Shown piece after piece: positions 53,195-64,000 of a DNA stretch of 64,000 nt. Source of the DNA: Octopus sinensis (taxonomy: Eukaryota); NCBI RefSeq assembly GCF_006345805.1, contig NC_043000.1:41912001-41976000 (forward strand). Direction: 5' to 3'. Both the position numbers and the translations under genes were made by a program. The notes below the pieces were generated by a model. The model had not been told where the DNA came from, searched no databases, and worked only from the letters and a program-made list of their open reading frames with translations. Position 1 is the first letter of the stretch. Each line of letters starts with the position of its first letter.

Positions 53195-53369
53195 GCGTGT
53201 GTGTGTGTGTGTGTGCGTGTGTGTGCGTGTGTATGTGTGTGTGTTTTTTTTTGGGGGGGAGTGATGTATATAAGATATGTATAGCCTAACTACCGATTTG
53301 ACTAAGCGAAATATAAAATAATTAAGATTTCATGTCAGTACAGTCTCTTTCATAAAATAACGCAATCAT

Positions 53370-54600
53370 TTTAAATCTGTATTAAAGAGCAGTGCCCATA
53401 ACCTTTGTTAATCCTCTGAGACTGGTAAGGTTTTTAATGCTCCTTTTAAATTGTAAGTTAAGACCTGTCAGAAAGATATGCGCAGGTAGAAGAGTCCATA
53501 GAGTCCATATTCTGGAGAGGCAAGATTAGGAAATGTGGTTAGTGCGGTATCAGATAATTTAAACTTCATTGGAATGACGAGGGACACAGACGAGTGGGTC
53601 CTTGCATAAAGAAGGTATAGAACCACCAGAGCTGAGGTACAGAGGTCGTTATTGTAGCCACAGGAAAGACAGTGAGCGGAGACAGCACACCAGCTGACTG
53701 GAAGGGAAGATCATAACTGTAGGTAATCTAATTCCAGCCACTCGTGGGCGTCTTAATACTGTCCAGGATGTCCGTGTGCATACCAGCAGCATCGTTCCAA
53801 ATATAGCTGTAGTACTCCATTCTAAACCTTAAATGAATCTTGTAGAATGTCAGCAACAGTGTGAATGCGATTCTGGCTGTGTTACAGAGCTGGTTTCACC
53901 AGACGATATTTTTGGTGATAATGAAGTCCAACATTTGAAACCGCCATGTGGCCTTTAATTGAATGCTGCTTGTGATTAAGGTGCTGTAAACATCTTTTAT
54001 ATGAGTAGTACTTGAGTTTTAAATGTCAAGATAAATAACTGGCATGAATCTGTTGGAGGATGCTCTTATAAACTCGAATTTGGTGAAATTTTCCAGGTAT
54101 TGCAACTTTTACTTTTTACCTGGACAACTACAGCTCTGAGTAAACCAGTTAGGTAACTTGGAATATAGAATATTTTGTTGTGCGTACGATGTGGAGTCAT
54201 ATGTCTAAAACGGTTATATTTTGACATTCATCGAGTTGTGTTTGGCATAAAACTGGCGAAACTCCGACAATACGGTAAACTTCAAATGCTATAGAGTCTG
54301 TGGAGAAGGGGACGCTGTGTAGTATATGATTGTGTGTTGTACAATAGCGATGAGGCAGCGGTCGAATGCCCTGATAGGTGTAGATACGTTTTTGAGGAGA
54401 GAAATAAATAGACGTTTGATGTGTCTATGTGTCGGTCTAGAATGCGAGTACAGGATGAAACAAGTTGGTGTAAAAAATAGAGAAGAACGATTGACTTAGC
54501 AGCGTCTTCATGGAAAGAATGTAAGAGCAATGAGTTGTGAGCATCGAAATCAGCGAGGATTGACAACTTCAGAGAGAAGACAAGTGAGGTATTTGTTTAC
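53370..54600 (-). pseudogene. Highly degraded, internally deleted CR1/L2/Jockey-group LINE
   Basis: AP-endonuclease remnant ILADFDAHN..HQLV..TRI..LFLSS (54566-54282) and RT-distal LLTFYK..RMEYYSYIW..ILDSI (~53900-53750). Confidence 0.65.
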
Positions 54601-56689
54601 AAGATAAAAATAGATATGGTTAAAGAGCTTCTGATGTTTTAAAGAATTCGGTGAGTGACAGGGGGAGCAGATGTATCTGTAGCAATGAAGGAGAGAGAGC
54701 CTTTGAGCCAATTATTGTATCAAAGATAGGAAGCCATTCGTTGGTATATTTTGAGCTGTGTTCAGAAACTTGATCTTTTTCACATTTCTTGCCTTGTATA
54801 TACAGAAGTGGTCTCATGCTAAGAATAATTTCTTTAAGACCTTCGCTGCTTTATTCCACGTTTAGTTTAGCCACATTGTTAATTCCGTCTTCGTCCTAGA
54901 ATATATTTTTCTTTGATTATCCTTTCCTCTTAAATATAACCAATTAGATTAAGCTTAGTATCTTCTATCACAAATACAAGTACCACAGCAAAATTTGTCC
55001 TTTCATATCCTATGAATACCATTCGGGTAGTCTTTCATTTTTTGATATCAGTCTTACTGTTGCCAAAGAATTAAAAACATAGAAGTTGTGAAATGAATTT
55101 AACTTATCTTCTAAGTGGCATAGTAACATTAGAGATAACTTGATTTTCAGTCGTAGACTGAGTTCATTTCTCACTAAGATATCCAGTCTAACCATTCAAA
55201 GCTCAAATTGTGGATTGATAGATATCTTGGTAGATTTCAATCCTACCTGTAACGGAGCTGCAATGTAATCACTACTCTTCCAATTAACGACCCTATTTTA
55301 CACTTATTTGTCCATCTTTGGATGCAGATCTTGCTTTTCTGTGCTCTTTTTGTCTTTGGAATTTCTAGTAAGGCTACTTTTATGCTTCCTCTCCAGTCTC
55401 TCTCAACTTTCTGCAATACAAAAAACACCTTTTCAATTGTTCTGTTACTATTGAAAGATCAGCAAAAACAACGGATGTATGTTCCAAAAAGTATGTAATG
55501 CTCGTCTTCTCTTCACGCCATTAGTAACTATTATGTCTATGATTGACATAAAACTTTTACTCTTTCATACTGATCTCTTTGATATGCTAAAGCCTCAGAC
55601 AAAACCTAATAAATTTTTTTCTTTATTGACCTTCACTCACTCACTTTTTCTCTATTTCTCTTCACCTTTGCTTCCATAAGTTTTACTACAATTTCTGCCC
55701 ATTACTTTGATTAATTCATCGCTATTTCCCCATCCATTCACTTACAAGTATAAAACATTGTATCATTGTAGTCAGTGGCCTTTCTCTAACATGAATGCAG
55801 ACAGTCGGCAAGTTCAAAAGACCAGAGCTAAGCAACTTTCTCTACGTTAGTTTTCATAAATTGATAAATTAGCCAGGATTGTTGCGTTCATAAGCAATAG
55901 CGCTCACGTATCGCATTTATATAATAGCAAATGTTTGCGATAAGGATATTTTTTGTTTTCAAATATTTCTTAATTTCGTATGTAAATCTGCATCTCTGAT
56001 TTCTTTTATTTTTGTCTAACATTGCATGTAGTCTATATCTACTATTGCAACACAATGGAATATATTCTTCGTTATTTATTTCGTTGAGGGAGATTTAGAT
56101 GAAAGAAGGCGGCGATTAACATGGAAGACACCAAGGATTCTCGATAAGAGATACTCTTGTACCCCTGAAACCTGACAAACTTGACCACTAAAATGGACGT
56201 CGCTAGAATAGGTTTGGCCAAAATAACACAGAAATTCAAGGCCTTTAACGAGTTAAGATTGTTAGAGAAGGCCACAACTCACAGTTTCAATTTCATGAAA
56301 ACCTACTGGCTTGAAGCAAGTGCTCAAGCGACAACGTATACTAAGGCAAAGAAATGCTCGGAATCTTTTCAAAATCCTTTGCGCAGTCTATGATCTAGCT
56401 CATGTAGGTACTTAACTCGTTCTCATTGTGAAAATGTACATATCAGAGACAAAGAAGCAATACGTATAAACATTTTCAGAAGCTTCTAAGCATGACATCC
56501 AAATCAGGAATGTACTGATAGTTTGATGTTAGCTGCCATCAGCACAGCTCGATAAAATTCTTAGTATTATAAAACTATACGCTCATTTTCCATTAATGAT
56601 GTCTATAATGCAAATTTAATTGCGGCTGAAATATACATAAATGGCGGTGAAGCATTCATTAGAAAGCTAAATGAGGTGTTTTTTTCGAT

Positions 56690-57795
56690 GTGGTCAGCAG
56701 GTTCCATTTAAGGCACATAATTCGTTATGAGTACAAAAAAGGAAACTCTGCAGTCGAAGCGACTCGAAACATACACTCAGTTTATGGGAAAGAATGCTTG
56801 AATGAAATAACTTGCAGAAGATGGTTTTCAAAATTCAGAAGTGGAGATTTCAGCCTTGAAGACGAAGATCGAACAGGACGTTCAGTTGAGTTTTATGGTA
56901 AGCTCCTTGAAGCATTACTTGAAGAAAATCCTGCATTATCAGTTGAAGAATTGGCAATAAAGCTTAGTTCGAACTATGCAACTGTTCATCGTCATCTTCA
57001 ACAACTTGGAAAGGTTCCTAAACTTGGAAAATGGGTGCCTCATGAATTGTCGGAAAGCAACTGCAAATCCGAAGTTGACATCTGCTCTTCTCTCCATTCT
57101 CGCAAACTCATTTCACTCATTTTGGATAGACTTGTGACTGGCGGCAAAAAATGGATCTTCTATCGAAATGTTAAATGTCGTAAACAGTGGCTTGGTAAAA
57201 GGAAAAAAAAAACGCAACCGCAACCGAAAAGGGAACTTCATGGGGAAAATGTTTTTCTCGCTATCTGGTGGGATTGCAAAGGAGTAATTCCCTTTGAATT
57301 GTTACTACCTGATGCAACAATCAATGCTCAAGTCTACTGTTAGCAATTAGAGCGTTTGAACCAACCTTTGAAAACAAAAAGACCCGCTTTAGTGAATCGA
57401 AAAGGAGTGATGTTTCATCAGGACAATGCTCGACCCCACACTGCAAATATCACATCACAGAAGATCGAAGAGCTTGGTTGGGAAAAAATTCCTCATCCAC
57501 CTTATTCTCCCAACCTTGCTCCTTCAGGCTACCATTTGTTTTGTAGTTTACACAATCAGTTGGGGGACATATCTTTCGCAAGCCAGGAGGAGGTCGAAAC
57601 TGACATTTCAGTGTTCTTCGCTTTGAAACCAAAAGAGTCTTACATTTATGGGATTAAAAAGCTTGTAAGTAGATAGAAAGAAGTCATAGATAATCAGGGA
57701 AAGTACATTGATGATTAAATTTCAATTAAATATAACATTTGATCACTTGTTTTCTTTATTCAAAATTCGGACAGATCTTATGGGATGACTTGATA
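56690..57795 (+). mobile_element. Near full-length inactive mariner element (transposase pseudogene plus right TIR)
   Basis: HTH region, WVPHEL, HQDNARPH; first catalytic motif reads TGGKKW and YSPDLAPSD reads YSPNLAPSG; TAG stops at 57341-57343 and 57674-57676; frame ends 57718; TIR-like end CTTATGGGATGACTTGA|TA. Confidence 0.93.
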
Positions 57796-58729
57796 TATGA
57801 GCAAGCATTTAATGTTCAAGGGGAACAAAATCTTAAGAAGCTTCAACACAAGTTATACAAATTACTGTAAGGAGAAACATTTGCATGACAGACATATTAA
57901 TCTTTAGCAAAATAAATATGCTTTCCCGCTTATCTTCTGGATCTTCAGCAACTAAAATATATTTAAAATTCGTAAGACGTAAAATTATTTCCATAGTTTA
58001 ACAGTTGTTTCTAATACTGCTTAACATTTTCGAATTAATACAACAGTTACAATTTAGAAGGTAAAGAAGCAAAATTCCAACGGAACAGACCATCAAAAAA
58101 GAGTGTCACTGATTTATTAAGACAGAACTTGCGTGATATTAAAAATCAATACCGTCCTATACAGATATACATGGATACACAGGCACAGATAACAATAGCA
58201 TATATATAAATAAGTAACTAGGAAATAAAAGTATTTATTCGAATATAAGTTTGTAATTACTCATCTACTTTATGTGTTGTATCAATATAACAAAGTAAAT
58301 GCAAATATTCAATTATAGGAAAGCTACATAAAATCTTGTTATACGTCATTTAAGTTTAATGAGAAAAAAATTCCTCTGCATATTGAGCACGCAGACACCG
58401 TCGGGTATTTCTTCTAGCGCGCCTGCTTTTGTGCAATTGTCTCTGTGAGCATATTCATGTGTGTGGATTTGTCTGTATTTGTGTGTATACATATACACGC
58501 ATACTCTGGCACGCGAGCACTTACTTACTTACACACACACACACTATTGTACAATAATAATCTAAGCCATTCTGAATTGAGCAGTCACTCTTGTTACAAG
58601 TGACTAACGTTTCATTTCAGAAACATAATTTATGATGGATTGCATTTTTTTCTTTTTCAATTTCCTTGCAATTGTTTTCCAGTTTAGTTATAACGATTTA
58701 GTTTTGTATTCTAGTTCTTCTTGCGCCCT

Positions 58730-58970
58730 TTTTAAAGCCTAGCCAGGCTCATGAGCCCAGTTTCCCGGTTTCAATGGCGTATGTGTTCCCCAGCTGGACG
58801 GGACATTAATCCATCGCAACGTTTCTCATTTTTGCCAGCTGAGTGGACTGGAGCAACGTGAAATGAAGTGTTTTGCTCAAGAACACAACGCGTCGCCCGG
58901 TCCAGGAATCGAAACAACAATCTTACGATTGTGATGCTGACACCCAAACCACTAAGCCACGCGCCTCCAC
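58730..58970 (-). mobile_element. tRNA-derived SINE family C, good copy
   Basis: Minus strand GTGGAGGCGCGTGGCTTAGTGG (A box)...TTTCGATTCC (B box)...TTGAGCAAAACACTTCA...GCTCCAGTCCACTCAGCTG; head also seen at ~15178. Confidence 0.85.
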
Positions 58971-59727
58971 TTTTTGAATTCTAGTTACGAAAATAAAATT
59001 CATATTTTAGAATAAAATAAAAAGCTAATAGCAATATGGTTTGCAAAGTTTTGACAATTTTAGCCAATCGAAAGCCACCGGCACCATAAATCTCACTTCA
59101 TGTCTCTTTTCATAAACACAAGCAAAGCTGTAGTCTGTCCTGTTTTCATTGTAATAATGATGCTCTACTCGCGCGACTATGACACTTTCACCGCGTAACC
59201 ACCACTAAAAATTTTAGGGAGCTATATCATTTTATGCCTGCATTATTTTCATCCTTTCAGGGTCGATAAATTAAGTACCAGTGAATCACTGGGGTCGATG
59301 TAAACGACTAACCAACCTCCTCACAAATTTGAGACCTTGTGCCTCCAGTAGAAAGGATTATTTCTGTCTGTCATTTTGTGACAGAGAGCAATCACGCAGA
59401 AAATCTGAAAATACGCAACATCCAATTCTTACCCGTTTTCTGATTGGAGTAAATATTTTCAAACTTAACCACTTTAACACTTTTCAAAATTTCTCACGGA
59501 ATAAATGAATCCGAAATTCGGATTCAACACGAAAGACTACATTAACATAACAAATTAGAAACTTTTTCACTTAATTTCAAATTTTCCAGATCTGTGACAA
59601 CAAACGAGTTTGATGGTAAAATTTACTGGTAAAATTCAAAATCTGTGAAGAGGACATGCCTTTACGCTCACATGGCGTACACATAGACACGTGTACGCAT
59701 GAATCTTCGTATATATGTACGTATGCA

Positions 59728-59821
<94 letters not shown>

Positions 59822-59828
59822 ATGTATA

Positions 59829-59873
<45 letters not shown>

Positions 59874-60383
59874 CACATATACACATATACACATACACCG
59901 CGTGTACGCATGAATCTTCGTATGTATGTATGTATGTATGTATGTATGTATGCATGTATGTATGCATGTATATATATATGTGTGTGTGTGTGTAAGGTAA
60001 ATAGTTAGGTAGGTGTAGAAATTGAGACAAATAAACGTATTTACATACATCCATGCTCACATAAATTAACATATGCCTTCTTACACAGACATAGACACAC
60101 AAATACGAGACATCTTGTTTCACACAGAAAAATAAGGACGAATTGGCTCACCGATAATGTGTGTGCGTGAGTGCGTGCGTATATGTGTGAGTTGGGGTGA
60201 GTGCGAGTGTGTGTGTGGATGTGTGTGGATGTGGGTGTGTGCACCTTACATGTATATACAAGCTGAGAGTATATGTGTATATATATATATATGTGTATGT
60301 GTGTGTGTACACGTATACACATACACCACATACACGCAAATACACACACTATATATATATACAGACATACACACATATATATG

Positions 60384-60431
<48 letters not shown>

Positions 60432-60440
60432 ATACATATA

Positions 60441-60478
<38 letters not shown>

Positions 60479-61350
60479 TGTGTGTGTGTGTGTTATATAT
60501 ACATATTCCCCACGGTAGTAACAATAGACTAGTAGACGAATACTAAATAAATATACCAGTAAAACAATAAAATTCTAACAACAACAAAAACAAGATCTAT
60601 AAATTATAGAGAAGAAAAACAAACGCAAAAAATAAACGTATAAAAGACAAGAAAACAACATGAGAAATGTCTACACCCCGCTCTCTCTTCCATTCTTTCT
60701 TGTGCAAATATATACTTTTTTTTTTATTCTCTCTTGTTACTTTATCAAACTGTTTTATGGTTAGCAACGGAGCGCGTGTCCCATTTTGGAAAGTGTGTCT
60801 CGAATTTTCCCACGTGTTTTACTGAACTAAACGTAAATGCTTGCAAATTATTTTGATAAAAGAGAGACTAATAAAAAGAAAAAAGAAGTCAGACAGGCAG
60901 ACAGACAGACAGAGGAGAAGAAGAAGAAGAAGAAGAAGAAGAAGAAGAAGAAGAAGGGGAGGAGGAAAAGAGGAGGGGGAGAAAGGAATTGGGGTAAAGC
61001 GGAGCTGAGAGAAGAGGAGAAAAGAAAGGAAGAGTGTGGAAGTGGAGATGTGTGTGTATGTAGGAGCGTAATATTCATTAAGCCACCGAGGCATTATACT
61101 AAATATATCGATTTAATTAATGTCGTCATGGTATTTGCAAATGAAATTAAATATATTAACATGTTATATAAAAGCCTTCTATTTTTTTTTCTATCCACAA
61201 GGGTTCTTCAACCCAATATCTTCATGCTATCATTTATAGCTTTATATGCTTCGTGATCCACAATTACAAAAGAGAATCGTATCATATTCTCTCGAAAGTT
61301 TATAAATTCTTATGACGTAAACACATACACACACATGTATAGATAGATAA

Positions 61351-61395
<45 letters not shown>

Positions 61396-61416
61396 TAGAT
61401 AGATAGATAGATAGAT

Positions 61417-61472
<56 letters not shown>

Positions 61473-61473
<1 letters not shown>

Positions 61474-61893
61474 GCGAAGGAGTGGCTGTGTGGTAAGTAA
61501 CTTGCTTACCAACCACACGGTTCCGGGTTCAGTCCCACTGCGTGGCACCTTGGGAAAGTGTCTTGTACTATAGCCTCGGGCCGACCAAAGCCTTGTGAGT
61601 GGATTTGCTAGACGGAAACTGAAAGAAGTCTGTCGTATATATATATATGTATATATATATGAGTTTGTGTGTTTGTGTGTCTGTGTGTCTGTGTTTGTCC
61701 CCCCCCCCAACATCGCTTGACAACCGATGTTGGTATGTTTACGTCCCCGTTACTTAGCGGTTCGGCATAAGAGACCGATAGAATAAGTACTAGGCTTACA
61801 AAGAATAAGTCCTGGGGTCGATTTGCTCGACTAAAAGGCGGTGCTCCAGCATGACCGCAGTCAAATGACTGAAACAAATAAAAGAGTAAAGAG
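61473..61893 (+). mobile_element. Full-length SINE family A
   Basis: GGCGAAGGAGTGGCTGTGTGG...GGTTCAGTCC...GAAACAAATAAAAGAGTAAAGAG. Confidence 0.95.
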
Positions 61894-61894
61894 T

Positions 61895-61932
<38 letters not shown>

Positions 61933-62004
61933 CGTCATTTGCACTGGGAATAGGGAGATCCGAAACGATAGCGTGCATAGCTATTCTTCATATTTCCGGT
62001 AGAT

Positions 62005-62225
62005 AAGGCGGCAAGCCGGCAGAATCGTCACCGTGCCAGGTAAAATGCTTAACAGCATTTTGTCCAACTTTACGTTCTGAGTTCATATTCTGTCGAGATA
62101 GACTTTGTCTTTCATTCATTTCGTGGTCGATAAAATAAGAACTAGTTGAGTACTGGGGTCAATGTAATGGACTTAACCCCTCCCCCGAAATTGCTGGCCT
62201 TGTGCCAAAATATGAAACCAATATT
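62005..62225 (+). mobile_element. Full-length SINE family B
   Basis: AAGGCGGCAAGCCGGCAGAATCG...GCTGGCCTTGTGCCAAAATATGAAACC. Confidence 0.9.
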
Positions 62226-62576
62226 TCCGACAGGTTCGAATGTGAATATGTTAATCCCATCGAATCTTTCTTTTTGTTTTTTTTTTGTTGCTCACAGAGT
62301 TATATTGTTTTAAAAATTTTGTTCCAATTGCTTTCAAATTTAGTGTAGCGATTTAGTTATCTATGCCAATTATAAAAATGAGATACATTTTTTGCCATAA
62401 AATAATAAATTTAAAATTAATAGCTTTTAAAGTCTGAAAATTTTAGGTAATTTAAGCCAGTCGAAAGCTACAGACACATTGGGGCCTGTTTCCATGATAA
62501 CTAGCGAAGCTATAGTTTGCTTTCCGAAACACCATCACCACCACGCGTATTTTCTTTGACGACGAGTCAAACGCCA

Positions 62577-62703
62577 ATCCTAACCCTAACCTTAAGCTCT
62601 ATGCCTAACCCCAAACCGTTACCCTAAAGTTTAACCCTTAACCTTCACCCTAAACGTTAACCCTAAACTCTGACACTGGCCTTTAACTATAACCCTAAAC
62701 CGC
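62577..62703. repeat. Degenerate telomere-like (CCCTAA) cluster
   Basis: Five exact CCCTAA hexamers plus variants within ~125 bp. Confidence 0.7.
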
Positions 62704-63287
62704 CAAAACATTTCGTAGAAGATTTTTTTCCATTTTAACTGTTTAGATGCCTGTTCGATCGTTTCTTGTGACTGTTCACTAAAACTTATCAAAACTCTTT
62801 ATAACTTTCGTCATCGTAATGATTTTGCTTTTATTTTGTGATAAACAGATATCACGAAGAAAATGCCAGCTTTCAAATCCTGTTTTCTGATTCGGTAAAA
62901 ATCATCAAATTTTAAACCCTTGTAACATTATTCTAAATTTTTTTCTAGAATAAACAAAACACAAATCAGATTCTGCGTGAAAAATTTCATCAATGTACCA
63001 AATTTGAAAATTTTCACTTAATTTTAACATTTCAAAACCTGTGACAGTAACAGAAAAGATCCAATTTATAGGAAAACACCTTCTCTATTTTACGATGTCA
63101 ATGTGGTCATCATACTGATGATTTCTTGTAACGTACACAACAGCGATTAGCATGTATTATGTTCGAATCCGCCAGAATGTATAAAAAGAAAATATGCAAG
63201 TCATCGTTTACTCTTTCTTTTTCTCACTCACTCTCTCTTTCTTTCTTATTTTCTTTATTTCTCTCTCTCTCTCTCACACACACATTC

Positions 63288-64000
<713 letters not shown>

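Noticed and set aside
54620-56393. Several 60-70-aa ORFs between the LINE remnant and the mariner
   Set aside because: No recognisable motifs or splice structure.

Overview
AT-rich eukaryotic DNA saturated with microsatellites and mobile-element debris. The tRNA-derived SINE families and the (TA)n/(TACA)n/(TAGA)n/(ATT)n density suggest an octopus (cephalopod) intergenic or intronic region; this is inference. I cannot support any host protein-coding exon, tRNA, rRNA or CRISPR array, and almost all ORF-track entries are translated microsatellites. Recognisable content: three or four SINE families; a near full-length dead mariner and two more mariner fragments; Tc1-like, Tigger/pogo and piggyBac transposase remnants; hAT and Tigger MITEs interrupted by SINEs; non-autonomous Helitrons; a 5'-truncated R4/Dong RLE LINE embedded in (TAA)n-type repeats; RTE and CR1/L2-like LINE remnants; and two Penelope-like (GIY-YIG) fragments. 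The most interesting signals are four decayed minimal hammerhead-ribozyme motifs at 37.5-48.5 kb near Penelope remnants, two mirror-image composite Helitron-like units each holding a different transposase fragment, a (TA)n-pivoted fold-back complex, a perfect 52-bp inverted repeat pair, and an unassigned decayed ORF with E2F/CRE motifs upstream. All homology calls come from motif recognition by eye, not database searches.
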